Source: a virus (lineage: Duplodnaviria > Caudoviricetes). Taken from it: a stretch of 59,785 bases of DNA. The DNA lies in IMG/VR virus record IMGVR_UViG_3300006169_000032, positions 1 to 59,785 of that record; one strand, given 5' to 3'. The translations under genes and the position numbers were made by a program. The notes under the pieces were generated by a model. That model did no database searches, was not told the origin of the DNA, and was given only the letters and a program-made list of their open reading frames with translations. Within the stretch, counting starts at the first letter, position 1. Each line of letters begins with the position of its first letter. Below, piece by piece: positions 1-9,684 of this stretch.

Positions 1-567
1 CAGTACGGCTCAGCCTACACGAAGGAAGTGGACTCTTTTGTCAAGGGACACAAGATTCTCTACGTGTCCCCTGCGGAGAAGGACATTAACGTCGGGACCT
101 GCTTGACAATCCTTCCGAAGACTGTTACCATTGTCTCGCTGAACAAGAACCGCTGGGAGAAGTTTACCCGAAAGTACAAGTCAGCGCGTCACCTGAAGGA
201 TTTCGTTCGTGACCACGTGAAGGCGATGGTCAACTCCGTTGACGAAGAGTCCCTTATTCGTGCAAAGATGGACTACTATGTGAGAACCTACTTCAGTGGT
301 TTCAAGCCTGAGAAGTTTGACGACCCCGACCTACAGAGGCTTGTCAGAGTTTCCAAGGCCCCAATCAAGAAGGACGAGACACTGGAAAATGCACGGCTCC
401 TGGCCCACGCCGCCCAGGTGCCCGTGCCGGTGCGTAACGTCGCGTCCACGGATACGTCAGTGCTCAGTAAGTACCCGTTGCTGAAGGACCGCACGTACTC
501 CGATGAACTAAAGAAGAATCACTGCTATCTGTATGCCAACGCCGTGTTTGCGGAAAGGAATAAGTAA
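1..567 (+). CDS. rIIA-like protein, C-terminal part (truncated by window start)
   Basis: Frame open from base 1; stop overlaps the start of an rIIB-like gene (TAATG), the usual rIIA-rIIB order. Confidence 0.65.
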   Translation, partial: QYGSAYTKEVDSFVKGHKILYVSPAEKDINVGTCLTILPKTVTIVSLNKNRWEKFTRKYKSARHLKDFVRDHVKAMVNSVDEESLIRAKMDYYVRTYFSGFKPEKFDDPDLQRLVRVSKAPIKKDETLENARLLAHAAQVPVPVRNVASTDTSVLSKYPLLKDRTYSDELKKNHCYLYANAVFAERNK

Positions 568-1385
568 TGAGATATACTGTAATCGCTGAGGCAGGCAAGC
601 CAGAGAATCTGGTTGTGTTCCTGCCAGGTGAGGCCAATCCGCTACTCACAGCGGACAGCACCCACTCCAACTACCAGGCCATCAAGGAAAAGGTGGTCAA
701 GGGTGAGACTGACGGCCTGGTCGATTTGTTCGACCCGTCCAAGGCGGTCGCTGCAAAGTTTGAGCGTCTGTCCGACCGTGTGTCCGTCCAGGGAGGAAAG
801 GTCTTCTTCGACGGCGACGAGGTTCACAATGTGCTCACCGAGCAGGTTGTTCGTTTCGTAAAGGAAGGCGAGGACGCCGGTCCTTTGGTGAAGTTCTGGG
901 AGAACCTGGCCCAGAACCCGAACGAGCACAGTCGAGAGCACCTGTACCGCTGGCTGCGAGCCACCAACGGATTCACCATTACCGACGACGGAATGCTGGT
1001 CGGCTACAAGGGCGTCCGTGTGGACAACCAGGATAAGGACAAGTACGTCTCCGTACACGCTGGTCCTGCGGTTGTCGATGGTGTCTCCGTCAACGGAAAT
1101 GTTCCGAACATGCCAGGGACGGTCGTGGAAATGGCTCGTAGCAAGGTCCAGCACGCCCCTGGAATTGGCTGCTCTACCGGCCTTCACGTCGGGACGTGGG
1201 ACTATGCCAGGTCATTTGGCCAGGTCACGCTAGAGGTTCGTGTTCATCCTCGTGACGTGGTGAGCGTCCCCACTGACTGTTCAGACAGGAAGATGCGCGT
1301 GTGCCGCTACAAGGTTGTCAAGGTTACGAATGCACCTTACAACTCAGCGGTGGTTCCGGCTGAGGATTACGCAGCCGTCGTGTGA
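567..1385 (+). CDS. rIIB: rIIB-like protein
   Basis: Motifs FWENLAQNP, ITDDGMLVGYKGV, PGTVVEMAR, CSTGLHVG..DYA, VHPRDVVSVP.D....KMRVCRYKV typical of T4 rIIB family. Confidence 0.9.
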   Translation: MRYTVIAEAGKPENLVVFLPGEANPLLTADSTHSNYQAIKEKVVKGETDGLVDLFDPSKAVAAKFERLSDRVSVQGGKVFFDGDEVHNVLTEQVVRFVKEGEDAGPLVKFWENLAQNPNEHSREHLYRWLRATNGFTITDDGMLVGYKGVRVDNQDKDKYVSVHAGPAVVDGVSVNGNVPNMPGTVVEMARSKVQHAPGIGCSTGLHVGTWDYARSFGQVTLEVRVHPRDVVSVPTDCSDRKMRVCRYKVVKVTNAPYNSAVVPAEDYAAVV

Positions 1386-1392
1386 GAGGGTG

Positions 1393-1435
1393 ACGGGGAG
1401 GGGGTCTTGACGGCTCCCTCCCTGTCCTGTATACT
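1393..1435 (+). promoter_or_regulatory. Hairpin overlapping sigma70-type promoter
   Basis: TTGACG 1407-1412, 17 bp, TATACT 1430-1435; -35 lies in the loop of a GC-rich inverted repeat after rIIB. Confidence 0.7.
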
Positions 1436-1441
1436 GGACCC

Positions 1442-1621
1442 ATGAGCAAGTACATCGACACCACAAATTTTGTGATGAACCGCGCCTACCTGCGCGATGG
1501 GGATTATTTCGTGACCGGAGAGGCCCTGGTTCTGGCCGTCCTGCTGCACTCAAAGGGGCGCGGTAGGAAGGGCGAGGACATGAGAGAGGTCCAAAGAATT
1601 ATGAAGGACAGAAACATATGA
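1442..1621 (+). CDS. Hypothetical protein (59 aa, likely leaderless)
   Basis: ATG 6 nt after -10 box; ATGA overlap with next ORF. Confidence 0.6.
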   Translation: MSKYIDTTNFVMNRAYLRDGDYFVTGEALVLAVLLHSKGRGRKGEDMREVQRIMKDRNI

Positions 1622-1824
1622 TTCTACCAGCACTGGCAGTTATCAAGTATTTGCAAGGTAAGGAAAAGACAGCCTATGCCTTGCTGTGGACACAGTTTGG
1701 GCTCAATGTTTTGAATGCTTTTGCCATTGAGTACAAGCGCAAGTTGGAGAAGCAGAAGACTCAGGACGAGGCGAAGGTTGTCTTGGATAAGATTCAGGCA
1801 CGCAAGGCAAACCGAAGGGTATGA
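1618..1824 (+). CDS. Hypothetical protein
   Basis: ATGA-coupled ORF in operon. Confidence 0.6.
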   Translation: MILPALAVIKYLQGKEKTAYALLWTQFGLNVLNAFAIEYKRKLEKQKTQDEAKVVLDKIQARKANRRV

Positions 1825-2030
1825 GAGTCGGGCTGCCAGGTGGGGAACTGTTTGATGAATACCTCCCTGGCGAGGACCACGCGTATAACCTCAAAGACAA
1901 TGGCGCTTTAGAGATTAAGGTGAGGGACGGCTCCCGGTGGGATTCTTTTTATAAAGAGAACAGGCCCAAGTACAAAAGGGTAAAGATTTACAGTCCTACG
2001 GGATGGTGGTGGATAGATGGAATACAGTAG
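1821..2030 (+). CDS. Hypothetical protein
   Basis: ATGA-coupled ORF. Confidence 0.6.
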   Translation: MRVGLPGGELFDEYLPGEDHAYNLKDNGALEIKVRDGSRWDSFYKENRPKYKRVKIYSPTGWWWIDGIQ

Positions 2031-2205
2031 TGTATATCTCGTTCATAGGGTAGACGGGGCGGTAGACCAGATTGACTGTGATGTTTATGAGACTCATTCT
2101 TCTGGTAATGTTAAGTTCTATCGTTATCTACCGGCCTCAAAAGAGAAGAGGCTGTACCGTCTCTACTCCCCTGCGCACTTTGTTTACCTGGAGCGTGTAG
2201 AGTGA
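2017..2205 (+). CDS. Hypothetical protein
   Basis: Overlapping ORF in operon; shares YSP motif with preceding ORF. Confidence 0.55.
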   Translation: MEYSSVYLVHRVDGAVDQIDCDVYETHSSGNVKFYRYLPASKEKRLYRLYSPAHFVYLERVE

Positions 2206-2372
2206 GTCTTGAACGACGCATCAAAAAGGGCCGGGAGTGCCCAAGAGGTTGTGGCCGTAATCTCCTATCCAACGGCTTCAATGCAACATCAACACAAGAC
2301 GGAAAGAAAATCTGTGCCGACTGCTTTGTCGATGAGCAAATGGAGGCGGCACTAAACCGAAGGGCAGACTAA
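2202..2372 (+). CDS. Small Cys-rich (Zn-finger-like) protein
   Basis: GTGA and TAATG overlaps; CPRGC...CADC. Confidence 0.55.
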   Translation: MSLERRIKKGRECPRGCGRNLLSNGFNATSTQDGKKICADCFVDEQMEAALNRRAD

Positions 2373-3160
2373 TGCGCTGTATGATTGCAGGCGACATTCA
2401 TGGTAACTGGCGTCATGCTGTGACGTTGGTGCACCACGCCGTGACCGAGCATGTTCAGCATATTGTCGTCTGCGGTGATTGGGGGTTCTGGGCTAACTAC
2501 CACCAGGGCGTTGCCGAACTGGATATCGTCAATGAAGAGGCACGCAAGGCCAACATCATTTTCAACGTCGTCTTCGGAAACCACGACGACTATGACTATC
2601 TGGAATTTCTGGAGAAGTATGGCGCTCGTGTGAACCATGGTTGGATGGCTGCTAGGTCTAACATTCTCTATGCCCCTCGTGTTCACTCGTGGAAGTGGGA
2701 CGGCAAGCGGTTTGCGTCCCTGGCTGGGGCTGTGTCAATTGACAAGGCAGCCAGGCTGGACTACCAGCGCCGGAAGGGTCAGAAAATTTGGTGGGAGCAG
2801 GAGCAGATTCGTGACGAAGATGTTGCCTCACTCGCAAGGATGGGCCAGGGCACGAAGATTGACTACTTCATCAGTCATGAGTGCTCCGACCGCACTCCCT
2901 GGAATGGAAGACTAAAACCGGATTTGGACAGCCAGATTTCTAGGGGTAAACTAGATAAGGCTTTGGGGCATCTGCGTCCCGATTGGCATTTCCACGGGCA
3001 CATGCACACAAAGTACGAATGGGAGAACCTGACGGGGGACGACCACTGGACCCGCACAATTGGTCTGGACATGGACGGTACCTGGGACTCGTGGGGAATT
3101 CTGGACACGTACACGGACGAGTGGGCGTGGCGTGGGACTCCCGTCCTAGAGTCTGTTTGA
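2372..3160 (+). CDS. Calcineurin-like metallophosphoesterase
   Basis: GDIHG, CGDWG, GNHD, SHE, HFHGHMH motifs. Confidence 0.9.
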   Translation: MRCMIAGDIHGNWRHAVTLVHHAVTEHVQHIVVCGDWGFWANYHQGVAELDIVNEEARKANIIFNVVFGNHDDYDYLEFLEKYGARVNHGWMAARSNILYAPRVHSWKWDGKRFASLAGAVSIDKAARLDYQRRKGQKIWWEQEQIRDEDVASLARMGQGTKIDYFISHECSDRTPWNGRLKPDLDSQISRGKLDKALGHLRPDWHFHGHMHTKYEWENLTGDDHWTRTIGLDMDGTWDSWGILDTYTDEWAWRGTPVLESV

Positions 3161-3234
3161 CATTGAGAGGCTCTACTGTTACAATTATAGTCGATGGCAG
3201 AGCCAACTCAAAGTTAATGGAGGTGTTTTCCTAA

Positions 3235-3585
3235 ATGGCAGAAAAGAAGGAAGTTGACTACAAGCCTTTCACCGCTGAGGATTCTGTTGCCGCGTATAAC
3301 GACAAGACAGCAGAAGAGGCAGCGGAACTAGCAGCGGAGGCTGGTGTAGCCGAGGCTGCACACGTTGACCTTGATGCGGCTCTAAAGAATTTCGAAAGTC
3401 GTTCTGATGTTGAGACTCTCGCTGACCGCCGTGCGCGTGAGGCTGGCACAGACTACGGCGCAGCCGTGGATGCTGTCTCTGTTGGACGTGGGTCTGGTGG
3501 AACCGTTACCTCTGACAAGGTGACCGGCAAGACTGGACGCAAGACCGCAGAGCGTGTCAAGGCCGAAGAGAACAAGGACAAGTAA
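3235..3585 (+). CDS. Hypothetical Ala/Glu-rich protein
   Basis: GGAGG RBS, upstream TTGACA..TACAAT promoter, followed by hairpin. Confidence 0.75.
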   Translation: MAEKKEVDYKPFTAEDSVAAYNDKTAEEAAELAAEAGVAEAAHVDLDAALKNFESRSDVETLADRRAREAGTDYGAAVDAVSVGRGSGGTVTSDKVTGKTGRKTAERVKAEENKDK

Positions 3586-3600
3586 TTGTCAGAAAAGCAT

Positions 3601-3640
3601 GGAGAGGCTCTTGACGGGGCCTCTCTTTGCATGATATAAT
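3601..3640 (+). promoter_or_regulatory. Terminator-like hairpin overlapping promoter
   Basis: AGAGGCTC-TTGACG-GGGCCTCT; -35 3611-3616, TATAAT 3635-3640. Confidence 0.7.
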
Positions 3641-3657
3641 GGAAGAGTAGGGTAAAC

Positions 3658-3939
3658 ATGTTGCTAACCATTGAGCGAACCGAGCGGTTCGTCAGGCAGC
3701 AGAACAAGTTAGGAAACGATGTTCGCTGGGAGGGATGGGACTTGATTTTCTTCACTCCTAATCCGCGAGGGTCACACATACCGTTCAAGCGTAATAAGAA
3801 TAACCCAACGGTTGTTACCGGCGCTGAACGACGCGATGGTCGGTGGGGCTTAACTACCCGAGTCTCCCCCGATGCAAAGGGAATTTGGAGCGTTCCAGGG
3901 AGAGTTGTCAGATATCCTCAGCATTCTAGGTCTCGATGA
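3658..3939 (+). CDS. Hypothetical protein
   Basis: ORF directly downstream of promoter, upstream of WhiB. Confidence 0.65.
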   Translation: MLLTIERTERFVRQQNKLGNDVRWEGWDLIFFTPNPRGSHIPFKRNKNNPTVVTGAERRDGRWGLTTRVSPDAKGIWSVPGRVVRYPQHSRSR

Positions 3940-4216
3940 GGAAGACCTAGATTGGCAAGACTTGGCCGTGTGTCAGGGCATGGACACCAGCGACTTCTAT
4001 GAGAATTATGAGGCGGACCCAGAGTTTGCCAAAGTCATAGACGAGGCGTGTCTTTCGTGTCCTGTCATGCGGGAGTGCCTGGAGGCCGGTATGCGTAATG
4101 GTGAGTATGGCTGCTGGGGCTCCATCTATCTCACTGCCGGTCGAAAGGACCATAACAGAAACTCACACAAGACACCTGAAGTATGGGAAAGGGTGCGTGA
4201 GCGTCTCAGTGGATAG
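3872..4216 (+). CDS. whiB: WhiB-family transcription factor
   Basis: WQDLAVC...CLSCPVMRECL...EYGCWG: four-Cys WhiB signature; start uncertain. Confidence 0.85.
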   Translation: MQREFGAFQGELSDILSILGLDEEDLDWQDLAVCQGMDTSDFYENYEADPEFAKVIDEACLSCPVMRECLEAGMRNGEYGCWGSIYLTAGRKDHNRNSHKTPEVWERVRERLSG

Positions 4217-4439
4217 CCTGTATACACCAGAGATTAGGGACATGTTCCGCTCGATGAACTGGCCAGCGGGCACACCGCTCAGGGTTATCGACAAGGGCGA
4301 CCATGTGATGCTGTCTGTGAAGAGAGGGGACTTCCAGTCTCTTGACCATCGGACCCAGGTTATCATCACAGACAAAATCAACACCTTCATGTGGTCCGCC
4401 CGCAACAAGGGATGCCCGATTTTCTTGGAGGCCGTCTGA
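4209..4439 (+). CDS. Hypothetical protein
   Basis: GTG start overlapping WhiB end; TGATG coupling downstream. Confidence 0.6.
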   Translation: MDSLYTPEIRDMFRSMNWPAGTPLRVIDKGDHVMLSVKRGDFQSLDHRTQVIITDKINTFMWSARNKGCPIFLEAV

Positions 4440-4600
4440 TGGAGTTAATCTGGCTGACCGAGGAAAGGTGCTTCGGTTATCTGCTGGAAATGGGAGCATA
4501 CTACTCCAGGGTTATCTTCAAGAGAGACGGCATGGAATATGATACTTACATCGAGAACGACGAATATGAAATCTGGGAGCCTTTCGAACATGAGGGGTAG
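4439..4600 (+). CDS. Hypothetical acidic protein
   Basis: GGAGG RBS, TGATG overlap. Confidence 0.6.
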   Translation: MELIWLTEERCFGYLLEMGAYYSRVIFKRDGMEYDTYIENDEYEIWEPFEHEG

Positions 4601-4826
4601 CGTCTGCACGGTCTGTCAGGGCGTAAAACATACGCTCCGACCTCGCAAGTCCAAGTTGCTTCCTAACACCACACTCCTTTTGTGCAATGGTTGTTTCGAA
4701 GGCCGCAAGGAACCGAGGTTCGCAATCATTCTGGCCGGTAGGAAGAATGGAATAGACTCCGTTTCAGACTACATAAGGAACCATCGCTATGTCGGCAAGG
4801 ACATTACCGCCCGCGAATTGGTTTAG
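4590..4826 (+). CDS. Zn-finger-like hypothetical protein
   Basis: CTVC...CNGC. Confidence 0.65.
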   Translation: MRGSVCTVCQGVKHTLRPRKSKLLPNTTLLLCNGCFEGRKEPRFAIILAGRKNGIDSVSDYIRNHRYVGKDITARELV

Positions 4827-4852
4827 GGCTCAACATAGGGTATAATGGTCGC

Positions 4853-5266
4853 ATGGGACCAATTAGGTTTGTTGCAGACGACCCGCAAAGGTCAGTGAGA
4901 CTTATCATTGCACTAGCCCTCATCATCGGAGGGCTCTACATTGTGTCTCCATTCTATGTTCCTCAGGTTGCGCCGGGGGTGACCACCCCTATCGCTCAGA
5001 CACTCACCACCCAGATTTCTCTGTATGTTTTCGGCTTTCTGTACGCCACCCCTGGTTTCATGATTGTCTATGGTACCTGGAGGGACAATATGAAGACCAT
5101 CGAGCATGGTCTGTATTGGGCGTACATCGTCATTCTGTTCACCGTTCTGCTCATCTGGATAATTCAGGGTCTCTTCCCGATGACCTGGCTGAGCACGTTC
5201 GCTCTCGGTCTGATTGCGGCGGTAAAATGGATACGTCTAAGGTGGGAGGCTAAATCGAAGAAGTAA
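4853..5266 (+). CDS. Four-TM membrane protein
   Basis: Four hydrophobic segments; GGTATAATGG -10 box just upstream. Confidence 0.75.
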   Translation: MGPIRFVADDPQRSVRLIIALALIIGGLYIVSPFYVPQVAPGVTTPIAQTLTTQISLYVFGFLYATPGFMIVYGTWRDNMKTIEHGLYWAYIVILFTVLLIWIIQGLFPMTWLSTFALGLIAAVKWIRLRWEAKSKK

Positions 5267-5541
5267 TGGAGTTGACACCTGGGATTCTCGCATTGATTGG
5301 CACCATCTTCGGGGGTGTCGGACTAAAGGTCGTGGAGCATTTTCTTACGAAGTCCAAGGCAAGGGCTGATGATGCAAAGGAAATACGAGACGAACTCAGG
5401 CTGACCATTACCTCTTTGCGTGAGGACAATGCCAAACTAGAGACCGAGGTCACCACCTGGCGTGACAGATACTATGCGGAGACTGAGAAGAGAGTGAAGG
5501 CTGAGACTGAGTTGGCTATTATGAAGTCTCAGCACCCTTGA
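5266..5541 (+). CDS. Membrane-anchored coiled-coil protein
   Basis: N-terminal TM then charged heptads; TAATG overlap. Confidence 0.75.
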   Translation: MELTPGILALIGTIFGGVGLKVVEHFLTKSKARADDAKEIRDELRLTITSLREDNAKLETEVTTWRDRYYAETEKRVKAETELAIMKSQHP

Positions 5542-5632
5542 CATACCGGCCCGGGGATGGTATACTTGTCGTAGACAGTTGATTCACAAGCGTTGAACAG
5601 TCGGCTTGGCTGTCTGGAAAGAGGTTAAAACA

Positions 5633-5737
5633 ATGTTCAAGTTTCTATCACCAGTATGCCTGAAATGTGGACGTGTTTTCACAGCAGGCATGTTTTTGTA
5701 TTGTGACCGCTGCGGAAAGAAGAGAGATAACCTATGA
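5633..5737 (+). CDS. Small Zn-ribbon protein (34 aa)
   Basis: GAGG RBS; CLKC...CDRC; ATGA overlap with nicotinamidase. Confidence 0.5.
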   Translation: MFKFLSPVCLKCGRVFTAGMFLYCDRCGKKRDNL

Positions 5738-6354
5738 ATACCGCTCTGATTTGTGTGGACCTCCAACGAGATTTTTGCGAGGGCGGTGCCCTCGCCGTTG
5801 CCGGTGGCAACGCGGTAGCCGAAGAGGTTGCATCCTACATCAAAGAGTACGAAGACAACTATGTAGATGTTGTTTTCACAAAGGACTGGCACAAGGCTCC
5901 ACCTGACACGAACCAGGGGCACTTTGCGCTACCGCCCGCCGAGCCTGATTTTGAGGACACCTGGCCGGTACATTGTGTCCAGACCACAGACGGCGCAAAT
6001 TTCCACCCCGCTCTGAACCTTGGTGTACGCACGTCACCAAAGGGCCGGGAGTACCCGGTGTTCTACAAGGGTGACGGCTATCCACACTACTCAGGTTTCC
6101 AGGGCAGAACAATTGCCGGTATCTCTCTTGCTCCCTATCTCCGCATGAGATACATAGAACGTGTTCACATCGTCGGTATCGCTGGTGACTTCTGTGTTCG
6201 TCAGACTGCTAAGTCTGCACTCCGCAGCGGCTTTCAGACAATCATTCTTCCTTCTATGGTGGCCTCTGTCGGTGGACCGAAGGCCACAATGGAGGTTGTT
6301 GAGGAAATTAGAAATCTCTCGACGCTACACGGTGAGCCACATGAGCCTGAGTAA
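5734..6354 (+). CDS. pncA: Nicotinamidase/pyrazinamidase (isochorismatase family)
   Basis: VDLQRDFC.GGALAV.GG, TKDWH, WPVHCVQ, KG, GIAGDFCV catalytic motifs. Confidence 0.9.
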   Translation: MNTALICVDLQRDFCEGGALAVAGGNAVAEEVASYIKEYEDNYVDVVFTKDWHKAPPDTNQGHFALPPAEPDFEDTWPVHCVQTTDGANFHPALNLGVRTSPKGREYPVFYKGDGYPHYSGFQGRTIAGISLAPYLRMRYIERVHIVGIAGDFCVRQTAKSALRSGFQTIILPSMVASVGGPKATMEVVEEIRNLSTLHGEPHEPE

Positions 6355-6688
6355 GATTTACGCTGCCAAGCAAAACACTGACACCACTGAGGGCAAGGGT
6401 TGGATGAAGACCTTTGCTTATTTTCAGAATCCTGAGGATGCTGTCGAGGCGGTAAAGGGCCGTGGAGTTATGGGTGCCGGTGATGGTGAAGTCTATGAGG
6501 TAACAGTCTCTAAAACTCTGGAAGAGTGGAATGAACACGGTCCCTACAAAGAGACTAAGATTTATGGATACCACAAGTCTATCACTGGTAGGTGGCGTGA
6601 TGGTTGGGTTGACGACCGAGACCTTCCGCATACCGACCCAGAGTTTGCTGAGTACGTCAGGCTTAAGAAGAAGTTCGACCCAGAGTAA
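6341..6688 (+). CDS. Hypothetical protein
   Basis: Overlapping ORF in operon. Confidence 0.65.
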   Translation: MSLSKIYAAKQNTDTTEGKGWMKTFAYFQNPEDAVEAVKGRGVMGAGDGEVYEVTVSKTLEEWNEHGPYKETKIYGYHKSITGRWRDGWVDDRDLPHTDPEFAEYVRLKKKFDPE

Positions 6689-6721
6689 AGATGCTGGTAT
6701 AATGACTATAAGGAGGTCATA

Positions 6722-6910
6722 ATGCTTGCTACAACTGAGACGGTTCCGGTTTTCGGGATGGACGACCTGTGTGACCGCTGCTCGCAGCGCCCGCAGTTTG
6801 TCGCCGTGAAGGACGACAAGGTTCTGCTGTTCTGTGGTCACCACAAGAATGAGTTTGCGCCCGACTTGTTCCAAGACGGGTGGAGGTTGGAAAAGGCTCA
6901 ATTCAATTAA
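6722..6910 (+). CDS. Small Zn-binding protein
   Basis: AAGGAGG RBS; CDRC...LLFCGHH. Confidence 0.7.
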   Translation: MLATTETVPVFGMDDLCDRCSQRPQFVAVKDDKVLLFCGHHKNEFAPDLFQDGWRLEKAQFN

Positions 6911-7185
6911 TGCACTTTCACCTGATAGCAGGAACAGGGAGTGGTCCGTGTATTGCACAGGCCCGCTATGACACATACGAGGATTCGATTAAAGACCTCG
7001 TGAATATCTCCACGCTCCTGTTCGCACATCTGCCCCAGGTGGGGGACAACATTAGTTTTGAGAAGGCCATTGACGCAACCGAGCATGGAGACGGGCCGGG
7101 AGTCTATGTTGGGACAAATGGATTCTGTCTGTTCTGGCTACCATGTGATGACTGTCAGCCACCGATAATTGGATGTATGAATTGA
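6910..7185 (+). CDS. Hypothetical protein
   Basis: TAATG overlap. Confidence 0.55.
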   Translation: MHFHLIAGTGSGPCIAQARYDTYEDSIKDLVNISTLLFAHLPQVGDNISFEKAIDATEHGDGPGVYVGTNGFCLFWLPCDDCQPPIIGCMN

Positions 7186-7320
7186 ACGAAGAGGTAGTGC
7201 ACCTTTGCCCACCTGACGGAACGGGTGGGCTAATGCCCTGCTGTTGGAGAACACCTTTTGAGGTCTCCCTCACCGATAGAATGACCATCTACCCACACCT
7301 AGTTACTTGCAAAGGAACCT

Positions 7321-7911
7321 ATGAGATTCACCACCCTGAATGAGACAATCCCCTATATTTCTGAGGGGAAGTTGTATTCACATCGAATAGAGCCGTACAA
7401 GAATGTCATTCTGAAGATGCCAGGTCGCCATGCCGACCAGACTACCCCGGCTGGCGGTGACTTTGCAGTCTGTGTCACAGACCAGGCTGTCCAGTGGGAC
7501 GAGAAGAAGTTCACCCATTCGGATATTTTTGCAGACGTTGAAGCAAGAAAGGCCGGTAGTGACCTGAAGGTAGACGACATTCTCTACGCCTATTACCAGA
7601 TAGTAAACGGAGAAGACCCAGAACAGTACCGGGCCTATTTCACAAGCAGTGGAGAGCCCAGCGTAATCCCCACCATGACCTTCCTCTACGCAGTGCAATG
7701 TCTTGCAGTAGCAGAACACAGACGGTATAGTAAACACGAGGTAAAATTTGGAGGACGCTATTTACCCTTCCGCTTCACCTGTGGTATAGTAGAGGGGAAG
7801 TGGACAGCCAACGATGCGTCGGCCCGACAGAAGATGGGTCGCCCCGGCGTCGAATGGCTCGAAAAGGAATTCGGAATGCCTACACTCACGAAGGAGTTAA
7901 TGAATGGCTAA
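7321..7911 (+). CDS. Hypothetical protein
   Basis: 196-aa ORF with AAGGA RBS. Confidence 0.75.
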   Translation: MRFTTLNETIPYISEGKLYSHRIEPYKNVILKMPGRHADQTTPAGGDFAVCVTDQAVQWDEKKFTHSDIFADVEARKAGSDLKVDDILYAYYQIVNGEDPEQYRAYFTSSGEPSVIPTMTFLYAVQCLAVAEHRRYSKHEVKFGGRYLPFRFTCGIVEGKWTANDASARQKMGRPGVEWLEKEFGMPTLTKELMNG

Positions 7912-8155
7912 AGCAGTAGTTTCATTTGATGTGGACGACCTGACACCCGTCCAGAAGTTTGAACTTCTGGCAAAGGTGGCTGACTTGCTGGACACCAGCG
8001 GTGTCGCCCACTACGAGATTACCGAGAACCCCGCTGAGTGGCAGGATTTCTCGGATATCAAGGTTGCCGCAAACGCAGCCGTGGACACACTAGTCGCGGT
8101 AGGCCAGCAGGCCCTCACCGACCTTTTCAGGAACAGGGGCAAGCCTGAATCCTGA
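7904..8155 (+). CDS. Hypothetical protein
   Basis: AAGGAG RBS, overlap. Confidence 0.65.
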   Translation: MAKAVVSFDVDDLTPVQKFELLAKVADLLDTSGVAHYEITENPAEWQDFSDIKVAANAAVDTLVAVGQQALTDLFRNRGKPES

Positions 8156-8390
8156 GTATCTCGCCTGGCTTCTCAAAGAGAACGGATACCAGGCTGAAGT
8201 TGGCGGCGAGCGCCGCTTTCTGGAACCAAATGAGGTAGAGTTGATTATCGACTCCATGATTGGCAAAATCCATGACGGTGAGCCGGGAGACCTAATCGAA
8301 CTCCACCGATTCATCGTACGAAAATCAGCCACAGGCTACGACATATTTGTCATGTTGGGCGAGACCCAATAAGAAACAAGGAGAAACAGA

Positions 8391-8924
8391 ATGAGTTTTG
8401 AACCGGACGTGCCCTACACCCATGAGGCACCGACCCGATATTCAGACGCCATTGAGAGCGTCCACTACGACGAGCCAACCCAGACTCTCTATCTAGAGTT
8501 TACGGGCTATGGTTCTGCCGTTGCCTATGACAAGGTACCGAAGGCAGTTTATGACCTCTTTGCACGAGTGGGCGCATCCTGGGGTCGCACCTACTGGTCA
8601 CAGGTAAAGGGCCGCTACTTCGGTGGTGACTTCTACCCCGAGGATTTGGAGCAGCGTGCGGCACATGTTACCTCTGGCCCGCATCTGCATTTCGAGGCCA
8701 AGCCTGCACAGTTTACCAACGTCAATCCGAGCGTGACGAATGTCACCATTTCGGGAACCAAGACTGTGAATGCCTACACCGTTTCCTTTGAGGTCGGTGG
8801 AGTGGCAGGCCAGCACGTTGTTCAGGCTGGTTCTGACAATGACGCTGTGGCCAACGTCAAGTCCTTGCTGGAATCCCTGGGTCTTTCCTTCAAGTTGAAG
8901 TCGGTGACCAGGAGCCTTGGCTGA
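8391..8924 (+). CDS. KTSC-domain protein with extra C-terminal domain
   Basis: SDAIESVHYD....TLYLEF.....YDKVP..VYD.F.....SWG..Y...VKGRY matches KTSC pattern. Confidence 0.7.
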   Translation: MSFEPDVPYTHEAPTRYSDAIESVHYDEPTQTLYLEFTGYGSAVAYDKVPKAVYDLFARVGASWGRTYWSQVKGRYFGGDFYPEDLEQRAAHVTSGPHLHFEAKPAQFTNVNPSVTNVTISGTKTVNAYTVSFEVGGVAGQHVVQAGSDNDAVANVKSLLESLGLSFKLKSVTRSLG

Positions 8925-9252
8925 CCTACTGACGGTTGACACGCTCGACACTTTCAATGAACTTGTCGAGCGTTTCAGTCATGTTGTGGTTGAGTTCGGT
9001 GCTCCGTGGTGTGGGCCGTGTAAGCGCCTGGAGCCTCATTTCAGGGCGGCAGCGGAAAAGGATACTCACGGTGACACCATCTGGGTTAGAGTTGACGTGG
9101 ACAAGGACGAGGGTTTTTTGGACGAGTTTGCCATTCAGTCGGTACCCACCCTTATATATTTTTACAACGGAGACCGCCAAAAGAATCTTCAGGCTAGAAC
9201 TGTTCTGGGCCTGCACAAAGAGGTTGACGAGGCAAGGGCCGGTATGCTATGA
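8917..9252 (+). CDS. trxA: Thioredoxin
   Basis: WCGPC active site, VDVD, IQSVPT. Confidence 0.92.
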   Translation: MADLLTVDTLDTFNELVERFSHVVVEFGAPWCGPCKRLEPHFRAAAEKDTHGDTIWVRVDVDKDEGFLDEFAIQSVPTLIYFYNGDRQKNLQARTVLGLHKEVDEARAGML

Positions 9253-9381
9253 TGGAGGCTCTACTGATGTTGGTCCTGGGTCTTCCCTTTGGAGTTACCG
9301 GCATTGTAATAGCACAAGGATTCTACCGCCTCGTTGACAGATACGACTGGCGTGGCTGGTACATAGACTACTAGGAGAAAC

Positions 9382-9684
9382 ATGAGTGACGCACAGGAAA
9401 TGCACGAGTTTCTGGCTGAGTGCAAGGCTACTCAGTCTGACCCCGGCCCGACGTGGCTGGTCAAGGTCTCATCCATTCTTTTGATGTACGCGATGAAGTC
9501 CGGCACCATCGAGGCAAACCCGGCAGCCTTCCAGGAAATCATCAGGGAACTGGTCAGGAGAATGCCGGATGAACTGTGGCCCATGGCCAGCATGACCGCA
9601 ATCAAGGGTCTGGAAGGCGCAAAGGCCATGAGGGAAATGGGCCTGGACATGGATATCAACGGTAACTTCACCGGAGAACTGTGA
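9382..9684 (+). CDS. Hypothetical protein
   Basis: AGGAG RBS. Confidence 0.65.
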   Translation: MSDAQEMHEFLAECKATQSDPGPTWLVKVSSILLMYAMKSGTIEANPAAFQEIIRELVRRMPDELWPMASMTAIKGLEGAKAMREMGLDMDINGNFTGEL

